Positions 18,637 through 28,637 of a stretch of DNA of 64,000 nucleotides are shown piece after piece. A program made the translations under genes and the position numbers. The DNA comes from an uncultured Candidatus Saccharibacteria bacterium (GTDB taxonomy: Bacteria > Patescibacteriota > Doudnabacteria > UBA920). The notes under the pieces were generated by a model. It saw only the letters and a program-made list of their open reading frames with translations, was not told where the DNA came from and did not search any database. Position 1 is the first letter of the stretch, and every line of letters starts with the position of its first letter. The stretch covers positions 29,382-93,381 of the forward strand of contig CAZTCH010000004.1 in the NCBI GenBank assembly GCA_964612745.1, read 5' to 3'.

Positions 18637-19890
18637 TTAAGGCAAAAATGACTTAAACCACCGAATCGCTTTCTGAGCAACAGGATGTTCCAACAACTTC
18701 CCTGCTGCAGAACCAGCCCCATACCCCTGCCCACCATAGGTATGCGACCACATGACCAAACCACACACCACAGCAAAAGATGGATCTTCTACTTTATCGA
18801 TAATAGTAGTCAGACCTTGCAAAACCCCTACCTGTGCCGGCAAGCGCAATGCTTGTTTTGCGTATTGGACAATCCCTGGCATGTTGCTTGTACCACCAAC
18901 CAACACCACCCCAGCCGGTAACTGACCATCGCGATTAATTGCCTTTAATTCTCGATTCACATGTTCAAAAATTTCGGAAAGTCGAGCTTCAATAATATCT
19001 ACTACGTCTGCTCGCGCTACAGACTCTGACTCGTTCTCATCTATTTTAGATAAATCAATTGCTTGTTGCTCACCAATAGGCAAACTACCAGCGTACCCAT
19101 ACAAAATTTTTACCCGCTCTGCAGTATCAATACTTGTGCGCAGTCCAATTGCCAAATCATTGGTAATATGTAAACCGCCCAGAGGCAATACTGCCGTATG
19201 GAGCAACGTGTTCTCTTCGTATACCGCAATGCTCGTAGTACCAGCGCCAATATCAACAACAACCACACCCAACTCCTTTTGTTTCCGACTCAACACTGCT
19301 TGCGCTGCTGCCAGTGGGGTAACCACCAACTCCCGAGCCGAAACACCAGCTTGGGAACAGACTCTTTGTAAATTCTTTAGAAGAGAGCTAGAACCATGCA
19401 CCATCGTGGTGTCTACTTCGAGACGCACACCACTCATGCCCAGAGGATCTTTGATACCCTCTTGACCATCGAGCATGAATGCTTTTGGAATCACGTGAAG
19501 TACTTCTCTATTAGGAGGTATCGATACCGCCTGCGCTGCGTCCACCACTCGCACAATATCCGCCTCGCTCACTTCACCATCTGCCTTAGACACGGCAATG
19601 ACCCCTTTCGAGGTCAAAGACACGATATGCTGTCCAGAGACACTGACTACCGCTTCGCTCACTGGAACAGCAGTCATGCGCTCCAGTTTTTCTAGCGCCG
19701 TCGAAAGAGCAGACACTGCTTCATCCAGATCCGTTACCACTCCCCGTCGCAAGCCCGCAGCCGGTACTGACACAGCACCAATAACCGCCAACTTATCTTC
19801 TTCAGCGTTTAACTTTGCTTGGACTACACGAACAGAATGAGTCCCAATATCGATCCCTGCTATGTATCTATCTTTTGCCATGCAATACAT
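18637..19890 (-). CDS. ftsA: cell division protein FtsA
   Basis: 417 aa actin-like ATPase (IAGIDIGTHSVRVV...); directly upstream of ftsZ. The start may be the ATG at 19881 (MAKDRY). Confidence 0.9.
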   Translation of the reverse strand: MYCMAKDRYIAGIDIGTHSVRVVQAKLNAEEDKLAVIGAVSVPAAGLRRGVVTDLDEAVSALSTALEKLERMTAVPVSEAVVSVSGQHIVSLTSKGVIAVSKADGEVSEADIVRVVDAAQAVSIPPNREVLHVIPKAFMLDGQEGIKDPLGMSGVRLEVDTTMVHGSSSLLKNLQRVCSQAGVSARELVVTPLAAAQAVLSRKQKELGVVVVDIGAGTTSIAVYEENTLLHTAVLPLGGLHITNDLAIGLRTSIDTAERVKILYGYAGSLPIGEQQAIDLSKIDENESESVARADVVDIIEARLSEIFEHVNRELKAINRDGQLPAGVVLVGGTSNMPGIVQYAKQALRLPAQVGVLQGLTTIIDKVEDPSFAVVCGLVMWSHTYGGQGYGAGSAAGKLLEHPVAQKAIRWFKSFLP

Positions 19891-19935
19891 GAGCCATAGT
19901 GTAACTGCGTTGCCCTACACAACACACACCATGGT

Positions 19936-20379
19936 TTACGCGTTTAATGTTTCTTTTACAATACGAGCAACCAGTGCGCCATCTGCAGCAGCACCAAATC
20001 TATCTTTTACTGCCTTAATCGCAGCCCCCATATCCTTCACAGACCAAGAATGCTGCGCGTGCAACTCTACAACTACTGCTCGCAACTCCTCTTCTGTTGC
20101 TTGCTTGGGTAAATACTTTTCCAGAATAGCTGCTTCCGCTAGCTCTTGTTCTGCAAGCTCCGCCCGTCCGCCCGACACAAACTCCGCAGCTGCTTCTTTT
20201 CTGCGTTTACATTCCGACTGAATAACACGCAAAACATCTTCTGAAGAAAGGTCTCCGGAAGATGATGCAATTTTTTCATTCTTTAAACGCGCAACGAGCA
20301 TACGCAAGGTACCAAGCGTTACTGCATCCCGAGCTTTCATTGCAGCAACCAAGTCAGCCTCTATGTGAGCTATGTCCAT
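19936..20379 (-). CDS. GatB/YqeY-domain protein
   Basis: 147 aa; MDIAHIEADLVAAMKARD...LAEAAILEKYLP is characteristic of YqeY. Confidence 0.8.
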   Translation of the reverse strand: MDIAHIEADLVAAMKARDAVTLGTLRMLVARLKNEKIASSSGDLSSEDVLRVIQSECKRRKEAAAEFVSGGRAELAEQELAEAAILEKYLPKQATEEELRAVVVELHAQHSWSVKDMGAAIKAVKDRFGAAADGALVARIVKETLNA

Positions 20380-20475
20380 ATTTTTGTTTCATCTAAAATT
20401 GTAAGATCACCAGTACAAGTCAATAGTATAACTATACCAAAGCTGGTTCGTTATACTATTGTGTTGTCACATATC

Positions 20476-20712
20476 TTACCGACGACCAGTGCGCTTGGTA
20501 ATTGGTTTGCCGAGCTTCTTCAGTTCTTCGCGAATTGTGCGAAGTTGTGAACGACGACGGGCAGCGACACGCAACAAGTTGCGGCTTTTACCAGGCTCAA
20601 AAAATCGAGTCTTGCGGGCGCGAATCAAAATACCGCTCTGCTGTATCTTTCGATTAAAGCGTCTGAGCAAGCTTTCAAATGATTCACTTTCTTTACGTTT
20701 TACTTCTACCAC
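20476..20712 (-). CDS. rpsU: 30S ribosomal protein S21
   Basis: 78 aa; MVEVKRKESESFESLLRRFNRKIQQSGIL...Arg-rich tail. Confidence 0.9.
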   Translation of the reverse strand: MVEVKRKESESFESLLRRFNRKIQQSGILIRARKTRFFEPGKSRNLLRVAARRRSQLRTIREELKKLGKPITKRTGRR

Positions 20713-20857
20713 ATGACTTCACCTCACTCTCTACAAGATATGTCTAGGAGTGTTCTGGGCTGATGGAAAAACCATAGCGCTAGAACTAACTAGTGCTCCT
20801 AAATCTTCCTAAACTTTACCATAATTACGCACCTACGGTCAACAAACAGCCAGTAAG

Positions 20858-20885
20858 ACAAAAACCAAGGCACTGTGCCTTGGTC
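20858..20885 (-). terminator. terminator hairpin 3' of HIT gene (CCAAGGCAC-TG-TGCCTTGG + T-run on minus strand)
   Basis: Perfect 9-bp stem followed by TTTTTG on the coding strand of the upstream gene. Confidence 0.6.
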
Positions 20886-20906
20886 TCTTATTCCGTGCTA
20901 TGCGCC

Positions 20907-21248
20907 TTATTCAGCAAGCTGTTTGCCACCCAATACATGTAGATGAATATGTGGCACAATCTGGCCACCTTCCCTCCCCACGTTAAATGAAAGCCGGTAC
21001 CCACTCTCCCCGACACCTAAATCTGTAGCTACCTGCTTACCAGTCAGGATCATTTTTCCTAAAAGTGGTCCGTGTTCAGGCTTTGTATCACTTATTGATG
21101 GAATATGTTCTTTGCTAATCACCAGCACGTGCACTGGCGCCTTTGGTAAGATATCTTGCACGACAACAACCTCTGTATCTTCATAATACGTCTTTGCGGG
21201 GATTTTATGCTCGACAATATTACAAAATACACAATCGTCTTTTTCCAT
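20907..21248 (-). CDS. HIT-family (histidine triad) hydrolase
   Basis: 113 aa; HVHLHVLGG histidine triad. Confidence 0.9.
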   Translation of the reverse strand: MEKDDCVFCNIVEHKIPAKTYYEDTEVVVVQDILPKAPVHVLVISKEHIPSISDTKPEHGPLLGKMILTGKQVATDLGVGESGYRLSFNVGREGGQIVPHIHLHVLGGKQLAE

Positions 21249-21300
21249 AGTAATTGAGTTAGGAGCTATCCGCCGTCGCTAAAGCTATGGCGGACAAGTA

Positions 21301-21385
21301 AATTAGGAATTAGGAGTTAGGGCTATAAGCTATAAGGTATCAGGTATAAGCTATCAGCTATCAGCTATCAGCTATCAGCTATCCA
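21301..21385. repeat. heptamer arrays (AATTAGG x2-3; GCTATAA/GGTATCA/GCTATCA x about 9)
   Basis: AATTAGGAATTAGGAGTTAGG is the reverse complement of the CCTAACTCCTAATTCCT motif. AGCTATC is repeated perfectly 5 times in tandem. Confidence 0.85.
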
Positions 21386-21392
21386 CTCAACC

Positions 21393-22679
21393 CTACCTGC
21401 CAAGCCGTTTCTTTACTTCATCTACAATCTTATCATAGCTAAATACTTCTTGCATGCCACTCTTCACATCACGCAAAATGACGACTTCATCAACCGCTTC
21501 CTTCTGACCCATAATCAATGCAATAGGGCTATTAGCTTCTTGCGCTGCTTTCAGTTGGTTTTTCACACCAGCATACCCAAAATAGTCGAACACGGTTACG
21601 CCAGCTTCTACCAAATCTCGGAACAGTCGCAAACTGCGCTTGGCAGCCAGTTCCCCAAGCGGCACTAAATAGACCTCTGCAGGACGTCGTGCCAACGTAG
21701 CTGGTGCAGTGCTTCTGTCTAGAAGTGCACGATGTAGCAGCTGCAAGCTCCCATGCAGCCCAAACGCATGGATATTCTTTCCACCCAAACGCTGCACAAA
21801 TCCAGTATGCCCTTCGGCTTCTGCCACCACTGTCGCTACGCCATCGATTTTTAACTTCAGACTAACCACGGTCCCCACAGCCCCCTCCATACCGATAAGT
21901 AATGGGTTCAGCTGGTATGGTATTTGCAACTCTTCGAGCGCTTCAAGCAGGTTCGTAAATTGTTTCCGCGAAACTTCATCTAAGAAATCTAAAATAGTTG
22001 GCGCTTCACTCAAAACCATTTGGCAATCTAATTTTGTACAGCGAAGTACTTCTCGTGGCTTCTCTGACAATAGATCACCGCACGAATCACACAAATCATA
22101 ACGCTTCCCTTTTAAGTAATCGCGCAGCGCCGTCTCATACGCCTCTTGGCTTGGCTTGCTTCCACAGGTGTTCACTTCAAAAACCACATCGGTTAACGAC
22201 AAGGCTGAAAATAATTGCCACGCCGCACCCAATACTTGGGCTTCAGTCAAATGGTTAAATGCGCCCCACACTTCAAAACCAAATTCGTAATCCGAAACCA
22301 ACTCCTTTTGGCCAGCCATCAAGCACGATCCACTATATTGCCACTTTGTTAAATGCGGCTCACCCATTTTTGCCTGTGCTAAAATGCGCAACACAGATGG
22401 AAGCAACCCGACACGAAGCGCCAATTCACGCCCCGCAGCAGCAGCGAGAATAATTGCATGCACACGAGGGTGCGCCTCTCCAAGCACAGTAGTATAGAGA
22501 CTCGGATCTTCAGCTATAGGCAACTCGACTCGAGTAAAGCCATATTGTGTTGCGTACTGCTCAACTGCCAATAAGAGTGCTTGCCACAATGGGTCTTGGC
22601 TCGTCACTATATCTAAGCTTCCAGGAAGCCCAGGTGTTCGCTTACTTATTGCTTGCGAAATGGTTTTTTTCTCTGCCAT
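21393..22679 (-). CDS. HisRS-like class II aaRS paralogue with degenerate catalytic motifs (HisZ-like, probably non-catalytic)
   Basis: 428 aa; overall HisRS architecture with the C-terminal anticodon-binding-like domain (IALIMGQKEAVDEVVILRDVKSG). Motif 2 reads TKWQYSGSCLMAGQ, with its Arg residues lost, and the GGGRYD motif 3 is absent. A CxxC...CxxC insertion is present. Confidence 0.55.
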   Translation of the reverse strand: MAEKKTISQAISKRTPGLPGSLDIVTSQDPLWQALLLAVEQYATQYGFTRVELPIAEDPSLYTTVLGEAHPRVHAIILAAAAGRELALRVGLLPSVLRILAQAKMGEPHLTKWQYSGSCLMAGQKELVSDYEFGFEVWGAFNHLTEAQVLGAAWQLFSALSLTDVVFEVNTCGSKPSQEAYETALRDYLKGKRYDLCDSCGDLLSEKPREVLRCTKLDCQMVLSEAPTILDFLDEVSRKQFTNLLEALEELQIPYQLNPLLIGMEGAVGTVVSLKLKIDGVATVVAEAEGHTGFVQRLGGKNIHAFGLHGSLQLLHRALLDRSTAPATLARRPAEVYLVPLGELAAKRSLRLFRDLVEAGVTVFDYFGYAGVKNQLKAAQEANSPIALIMGQKEAVDEVVILRDVKSGMQEVFSYDKIVDEVKKRLGR

Positions 22680-22693
22680 AGTGTATTCCTCGT

Positions 22694-23326
22694 TTATTCA
22701 GGGTACGTATAATGTGGTGTAATTCCAAACAACCGTAACGGTAGTACTCGTAACCACACCTTACCGATTATGTTTGCTTTTGGCAACGGCCCCCAGACAC
22801 GTGAGTCGCTACTCTGCAAACGATTGTCACCTAAGACGTAGTACTGATTGGCAGCTAACTCAACTTCTTCTGAACGACCAAGTGTCACGTTCTGGTTTGG
22901 CAAATACTGTTCGTCCAACAATAGTCCGTTGGGATGGTCGACATTTTTAATAGTCACCCGCCCTTGCGAAACAATGACCCTATCGCCAGGAACTCCAACA
23001 ATGCGCTTAATAAAATATTGTTCAGGATCGATAGGATATTTAAAGACAATGACGTCTCCCCGCTCGGGCTCTCCAAACCGATATGATAATTTTTGGACAA
23101 TGAGATATTCTCGATTATGAAACGTGGGCACCATGGAAGATCCAGATACCACAAATGGTTCAGCGATGAATGGCCGAATGATAAGCCATACGAGGACAAA
23201 GGCAATAAAAAAGATTTTAACAAGATCCCAGATAAAAATCGCTATCGACCGAATAGTCGTAGTTACTTCTGCCTCTGACTCTTCTTTTGTTTCTTGCTCC
23301 GAAGTTTGTTGGTTTTCAGTAGTCAC
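22694..23326 (-). CDS. lepB: signal peptidase I
   Basis: SSMVPTF catalytic Ser box; GDNRLQSSDSRVWGP. The N-terminus cannot be the track start at 23554 because tRNA-Val lies inside that extension. Candidate starts are GTG at 23326 or TTG at 23383. Confidence 0.8.
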   Translation of the reverse strand: MTTENQQTSEQETKEESEAEVTTTIRSIAIFIWDLVKIFFIAFVLVWLIIRPFIAEPFVVSGSSMVPTFHNREYLIVQKLSYRFGEPERGDVIVFKYPIDPEQYFIKRIVGVPGDRVIVSQGRVTIKNVDHPNGLLLDEQYLPNQNVTLGRSEEVELAANQYYVLGDNRLQSSDSRVWGPLPKANIIGKVWLRVLPLRLFGITPHYTYPE

Positions 23327-23388
23327 AATATATTCTTTATACGTTATATTAGTGCGAGTCAGACCTGAATACAGAATGCACAAAAATT

Positions 23389-23465
23389 GGTAGCCACTGC
23401 TGGATTCGAACCAGCGACCTCGCCGATGTGAACGGCGCGCTCTAACCAACTGAGCTAAGTGGCCA
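23389..23465 (-). tRNA. tRNA-Val (anticodon CAC), CCA not encoded
   Basis: GTGGCCA...TGGCTAC acceptor, D-loop AGCTCAGTTGGTTAGAGC, anticodon loop UUCACAU, T-loop GGTTCGAATCC. Confidence 0.7.
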
Positions 23466-23613
23466 CAACAGTACATGACCACACTGTCGTACAGAGCCGA
23501 ATGACTCAAGCAATACAAGACTTTTTTGATACGAGTCCCATACGAGTACACCAACTATACCATTTCCACCCTTTGCTGCGCAAGATAGAAACAAGCCACA
23601 AAACCCCTTTTTT

Positions 23614-25203
23614 TTGCTATACTATAGAAGATGTATGCGCCAAGACTCATACCGGCTACGGCAACGCATTTCTAGCTACAAAGAAGCAATGGACGAACAC
23701 TTTTCAGGTATAAAATCAATGGACGCTGTGATGAAACCAGCACCACGAGTTTCAGTCACGTACGGCGCTCCAAAAATAGCAACACGAAAACACTCTAAAT
23801 GGCCTTGGGTTTTAGGGTTTCTTTTTCTTGTTTTGGCAGGAGGCATGTACTTCATCGTACACACTGCTCAAAAGTGGACCACCGACAGCTTTGTCGGTCA
23901 AAGCAGCAATATATTCAGTAGTGCAAAAGATATTTTCTTAGGCACCACCGGACAGGCTGACTTACAAGGAGAAAAAGAAGGAGTTGTGCGGATACTCCTG
24001 CTTGGCATTGGAGGCGAAGGCCACGACGGGCCGTATCTCTCAGATACCATCATCCTCGCCCAGCTTACATTGGCCACCAATGAAGTATCACTCACTGCAC
24101 TCCCCCGTGACTATCAAGTACAACTCCCCGATGGTTTTGGGCAAAGAAAAATTAATGCCGCCTTCGCCGAAGGGTTCAATAAAAACAAAAACTGGGAAGA
24201 AGCAGGAAGATTTGCCAGAGAAGTTGTCCAAACTGTATCCGGCCTGAATATCCCCTACTTTGCAGTGATTGACTTTAGCGGTTTTGAAAAAGCCATAGAC
24301 CAAGTGGGTGGAGTAGATGTAGCAGTCGAACGCACATTCACTGACTATAAATACCCCGATAGCAACAACGGATATTTGCCACCACAAACATTTACCGAAG
24401 GCATGCAACACTTGAACGGAGCCCGCGCCCTGATTTATGCCAGATCAAGACACGCAGCCGGACCAGAAGGAAGTGACTTTGCTCGCGGTATCCGCCAGCA
24501 AAAAATTATGCAAGCGTTAAAACAAAAAGTATTTTCGCTCAACATAGTCACGGACACTGGACAAATTGCTCAACTACTCCAAACCTTTGCAGCGCACTTC
24601 CACACCAACCTCACCCCCGGACAACTGGTGCGCTTAGCAAAAATTGGCCAAGAAATTGAGTCGCAGAACATAATCTCTACGAGCCTTGATCCTGTCACCG
24701 GACTTGTCTGCCCTGAAATAGCAGCCGAAAGCGGGGCGTATATACTTGTCCCCTGCGCTGGCAAAACAAAACAAGACATACAACAATTCTTCAAGAATGC
24801 GCTTGCAATCGGCAAACTGAGCGAAGAAAAAAGTGTTGTATGGATTGCTACCAACGACCCAAAAACTACAGTCTACCGCAGAATCAGCGCCCTCTTAGAA
24901 CAAGCAGGACTCACTGTTTGGCCAATCGCCTATACTGACTTACAGCCTGAACAGAGCGTGATTTACCAAGTCAACCCGAAAGCGGCAACGACCGACTTTC
25001 TCAAAACGACTTTGAAAGCAAAAGAAGTCACGGTTGCTCCACCAAATATTCGCATCGACTCCAGTCGGAGTGATCTCATAGTCATACTCGGAGAAAATAT
25101 CCCTGCTGAATTTAGCAAGCCACTCCCTCTCAGTACACCATCTCAAACCCAGCCCTCGCCAACGCCAACCGCGACGCAGAACAACACCAACACAGACAAC
25201 TAA
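23614..25203 (+). CDS. LytR-CpsA-Psr (LCP) family cell-envelope phosphotransferase with C-terminal LytR_C-like region
   Basis: 529 aa; one TM helix; RILLLGIGGEGHDGPYLSDTIILAQL...INAAFAEGF is the LCP core. Confidence 0.8.
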   Translation: MLYYRRCMRQDSYRLRQRISSYKEAMDEHFSGIKSMDAVMKPAPRVSVTYGAPKIATRKHSKWPWVLGFLFLVLAGGMYFIVHTAQKWTTDSFVGQSSNIFSSAKDIFLGTTGQADLQGEKEGVVRILLLGIGGEGHDGPYLSDTIILAQLTLATNEVSLTALPRDYQVQLPDGFGQRKINAAFAEGFNKNKNWEEAGRFAREVVQTVSGLNIPYFAVIDFSGFEKAIDQVGGVDVAVERTFTDYKYPDSNNGYLPPQTFTEGMQHLNGARALIYARSRHAAGPEGSDFARGIRQQKIMQALKQKVFSLNIVTDTGQIAQLLQTFAAHFHTNLTPGQLVRLAKIGQEIESQNIISTSLDPVTGLVCPEIAAESGAYILVPCAGKTKQDIQQFFKNALAIGKLSEEKSVVWIATNDPKTTVYRRISALLEQAGLTVWPIAYTDLQPEQSVIYQVNPKAATTDFLKTTLKAKEVTVAPPNIRIDSSRSDLIVILGENIPAEFSKPLPLSTPSQTQPSPTPTATQNNTNTDN

Positions 25204-25247
25204 TATCCGCATGACCAGTTTGTCTTATCAATTAACACACGCCCCTT

Positions 25248-26630
25248 ATGTCACTCCCTATCGTCGCACTCGTTGGTCTGCCCAATGCAGGAAAATCTAC
25301 CCTTTTTAACAGAATAACTGGCCAACACATGGCAGTTACCTCAGAGGTCGCCGGCACAACCCGAGACCGCCAATACGCCACCGTCGCTTGGAATATGGGC
25401 GAGTTTAATTTGGAAGACACTGCTGGTCTCGCTTTTTTCACAGAGCAAAATGAGCTGGAAGCTTCTGTGAAAAAACAAATCGATATCGCTACGAAAGAGG
25501 CGGATGTCCTTGTGTTAGTCGTGGATGGAAAAACTGGAGTAGAAGCTCTCGACCGCGAAGTGCTCCTCACTTTTCGAAGAATTAAAAAGCCAGTGGTGGT
25601 TGCAGTAAATAAGCTGGACTCGCCAAATAATTTAGAAAGCCTCAGCGCTCCTTTTTACAAGTTAGGGATCAAAGCGATATACCCAATCTCCAGCGTTACG
25701 GGGAGAGGTATTGGTGATTTGCTCGATCATATTGTTTCTCTACTCCCAAAGCCTGAAGCACCACAACCAGCGGCACTCCCCGCCGTCGACGCAGCCATAG
25801 CAGTAGCAATAGTAGGAAAACCAAACGTTGGAAAATCAAGCCTTTTTAATACTATCCTCCAAGACGAACGAGTGGTTGTTTCAAATGTACCTGGGACTAC
25901 ACGAACCGCAATAGACAGCGAGATAACAATCAACAACCAACCCTATACCTTTATTGACACAGCTGGTTTAAAGAAAAAAGCACACAGACAAGAGCGCCCA
26001 GACCTTTACTCTGGATTTCAAACATATAAATCCATTCGCCGGAGTGATGTCTGTTTGTTTGTGCTTGATGCAGGAGAACCTGTTACCAGCCAAGACCAAG
26101 CAATAGCATCGGAAATACTCGACCAAGAAAAAGGGTGCATTATGCTGGTGAATAAAATCGATGCATACAAGGAACACCGACAAGCCAAAGCAGCGAGCAT
26201 TGCTCCCCAAAACGCATCGGAAGAAGAAACAACCGCTGCGCTCCACGCTTACGTCAGTACTCATTTCCCGTTCCTTTGGATGTGTCCCGTATTTTTTGTC
26301 TCAGCCAAAACAGGCGAAGGAATCCAAGAAGCACTTGCAGAGATCCGTGGCATTTACGACCGTAGACACAAAACTGTACCAGCCGAGTCACTCAAAGGAC
26401 TACTTGCAAAGTGGAAAAAGATTAGCCCACCTCGCCGCATGCTAGACCAAAAAGAACCAAAAGTGTTTGGTTTAAGCCAGATCGATACCAACCCTCCTCG
26501 CTTCGAGCTACTCGTCAATCACACTCCAGCAATCTCCGAAAATTTCCGCAAAACAATTGAGAACGCTATTATTAAGGACCTCGACTATTGGGGCACACCT
26601 ATTAAAGTCCGCTTAGTGAAAAAAGTGTAG
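25248..26630 (+). CDS. der: ribosome-associated GTPase Der/EngA (tandem G domains + KH)
   Basis: 460 aa; two P-loops (GLPNAGKST, GKPNVGKSS) with G2/G3 motifs. Confidence 0.95.
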   Translation: MSLPIVALVGLPNAGKSTLFNRITGQHMAVTSEVAGTTRDRQYATVAWNMGEFNLEDTAGLAFFTEQNELEASVKKQIDIATKEADVLVLVVDGKTGVEALDREVLLTFRRIKKPVVVAVNKLDSPNNLESLSAPFYKLGIKAIYPISSVTGRGIGDLLDHIVSLLPKPEAPQPAALPAVDAAIAVAIVGKPNVGKSSLFNTILQDERVVVSNVPGTTRTAIDSEITINNQPYTFIDTAGLKKKAHRQERPDLYSGFQTYKSIRRSDVCLFVLDAGEPVTSQDQAIASEILDQEKGCIMLVNKIDAYKEHRQAKAASIAPQNASEEETTAALHAYVSTHFPFLWMCPVFFVSAKTGEGIQEALAEIRGIYDRRHKTVPAESLKGLLAKWKKISPPRRMLDQKEPKVFGLSQIDTNPPRFELLVNHTPAISENFRKTIENAIIKDLDYWGTPIKVRLVKKV

Positions 26631-26666
26631 TGCCGCGCACGAGAAAAACCCTGCTATACTAGTAGT

Positions 26667-27224
26667 ATGAAAGTGATCGTTGGCCTCGGTAACCCTGGAA
26701 TGAAATATGCAAAAACCAGACACAACGTCGGGTTTTTAGCATTAGACTTTTATCTTCGTGACATGCAAACTATTTCATGTTCGTCACGATTCCATGGCCA
26801 AATCTGTGAAGTGCACTTTACCCTTTCGGGTAATCCCATACCGGTGAAAACCTTTTTCATCAAACCACAAACGTATATGAATAAATCTGGGGATGCCGTC
26901 GCGGAAATTGTATCGTACTACAAGCTCCAACCAGAAACAGATTTACTCATTGTGCACGATGAAATTGATTTAAAGTTTGGTTACTCCAAGACCGCATTCG
27001 ACTCAAGACCTGCTGGACACAACGGAGTAAAAAGTATTATCGCTTCACTCGGAACTCAAAAATTTCACCGCTTACGTATTGGAGTTGAGTCACGCAAGAG
27101 TCGCCTCGAGAGCCCTACGGATGAATACGTACTCAGCCAATTCAGCTCAGACGAGTTAGCCACCCTCGAAAGCGACGTATTCCCAAAAGCTGCGCTCGTC
27201 ATACAAGAATTTATTGCGTCATAA
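26667..27224 (+). CDS. pth: peptidyl-tRNA hydrolase
   Basis: 185 aa; MKVIVGLGNPGMKYAKTRHNVGF. Confidence 0.95.
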   Translation: MKVIVGLGNPGMKYAKTRHNVGFLALDFYLRDMQTISCSSRFHGQICEVHFTLSGNPIPVKTFFIKPQTYMNKSGDAVAEIVSYYKLQPETDLLIVHDEIDLKFGYSKTAFDSRPAGHNGVKSIIASLGTQKFHRLRIGVESRKSRLESPTDEYVLSQFSSDELATLESDVFPKAALVIQEFIAS

Positions 27225-27254
27225 ACGTATGTGTGACCACACTCACATTGCAAG

Positions 27255-27295
27255 CAAACAAAAAACCCGAGTTTTCAACTCGGGTTTTTACTTTT
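27255..27295 (+). terminator. terminator (AAAAACCCGAGTT-TTCA-AACTCGGGTTTTTACTTTTT) after pth
   Basis: 12-bp stem plus T-run. Confidence 0.7.
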
Positions 27296-27299
27296 TCTT

Positions 27300-27420
27300 A
27301 CTACCCCACCTGCAAGTGAAAGGCAACAGACAATCGTCTATTAACCTTTGCTCACCGCTAGTTGCAGGAGGTAGGAGGGATGACTCCTGCGTTCGCACTT
27401 ACAAGCAGGGTACTAAGAAA
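27300..27420 (+). ncRNA. candidate structured small RNA in the pth-dprA spacer (closed by the CCTGCAAGTG / CACTTACAAGCAGG long-range helix; internal CAGGAG...CTCCTG hairpin)
   Basis: About 105 nt between a terminator and the next gene; nested complementary segments seen by eye. The size is compatible with a small SRP-type RNA, but no diagnostic motif was verified. Confidence 0.25.
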
Positions 27421-27510
27421 TAGTATTTCAAAAAACTATCTATATAAGAATTATACGCTTTTTCACTCTATTTGTCAATATTCTTCTTTTTAAGCACACC
27501 GAGACTTTCT

Positions 27511-28629
27511 ATGCCAAACTCACCAACCACACCCACACACGCACACGCAACCGATACACTGTTCCTGCATTGCACGAACTGCTTTATAGGATTCGGCCCA
27601 AAACGCCTCAGCCTACTCGAGCACTTTTTTACTTCTTGGGAAGAGGCTTTTCACGCACCACTCTCCGCACTGCGAGCAGCAGGAATCCCTGAGCCAGTTG
27701 CCGAAAAGTTCATACAGGTGCGCTCGACTATTCAGCCTGAGGCAGAGCAAGAAAAGTTAGCCAAAGAGAGCATTAGTCTCCTCACTCCAGATGAAGCTAC
27801 GTGGCCGCCCCTGTTACGTGAAATACCAGCACCACCACTCGTACTCTATTACAAAGGAGCACCGCCCGTACATCAACTCTGCATAGCTGTCGTTGGGACA
27901 CGAAATATCACCACCTATGGTAGAACAACCATACAGCTACTCATTCCCCCGCTCGCACGAGCTGGCATCTGCATAGTATCAGGCATGGCGTTTGGCGTTG
28001 ACGCTGCAGCGCACACTACCGCCTTGCACAATCACACCGCAACCATCGCAGTGCTGGGCTCTGGCTTGGACGAACTGAGTATATACCCAAAAGCACACTG
28101 TCTTCTCGCCAGCCAAATACTAGAAAATGGTGGTAGCTTACTCTCCGAGTACCCACCAGGGACTCCTGCCTACAAACAAAACTTTATTGCACGAAATAGA
28201 ATTATTTCTGGCATGAGTCACGGTACGCTCGTTGTCGAATGCAGCGCACAGAGTGGATCACTCCTGACCGCACGGTACGCCCTCGAGCAAAACAGAGATG
28301 TGTACGCCGTACCAGGCTCCATACACTCACCCCAAAGTCGGGGCACCAATGATTTACTCAAGCAAGGAGCAATCCCAGTCACCGATGCGCAAGATATTCT
28401 GACCAACTTAGGAGTGACACCAACAACTGAGGCAGAACCAACACCAAACTACACCCTAACCACAACCGAAAAAGAAATTCTTGATATACTTACCAAGACA
28501 CCAGTACATATCGATACGCTTGTCACACAAACTAATTTGACAGCAGCGCTCATACACACCACACTGAGCATGTTAGAACTTAAAGGACTCGTAGAAAACA
28601 TTGGTGCAAGCCAATACATACGCTCATAA
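27511..28629 (+). CDS. dprA: DNA-processing protein DprA (Smf)
   Basis: Rossmann-like DprA core (VVGTRNITTYG...IVSGMAFGVDAAAH...GSGLD). Start taken at the ATG at 27511; the track start at 27472 is TTG. Confidence 0.85.
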   Translation: MPNSPTTPTHAHATDTLFLHCTNCFIGFGPKRLSLLEHFFTSWEEAFHAPLSALRAAGIPEPVAEKFIQVRSTIQPEAEQEKLAKESISLLTPDEATWPPLLREIPAPPLVLYYKGAPPVHQLCIAVVGTRNITTYGRTTIQLLIPPLARAGICIVSGMAFGVDAAAHTTALHNHTATIAVLGSGLDELSIYPKAHCLLASQILENGGSLLSEYPPGTPAYKQNFIARNRIISGMSHGTLVVECSAQSGSLLTARYALEQNRDVYAVPGSIHSPQSRGTNDLLKQGAIPVTDAQDILTNLGVTPTTEAEPTPNYTLTTTEKEILDILTKTPVHIDTLVTQTNLTAALIHTTLSMLELKGLVENIGASQYIRS

Positions 28630-28637
28630 ACACCTTC

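Noticed and set aside
23384-23554. N-terminal 57 aa of the ORF-track lepB ORF
   Set aside because: It is the translation of tRNA-Val (GRWFESS is the T-loop), and the real start must lie downstream of the tRNA.
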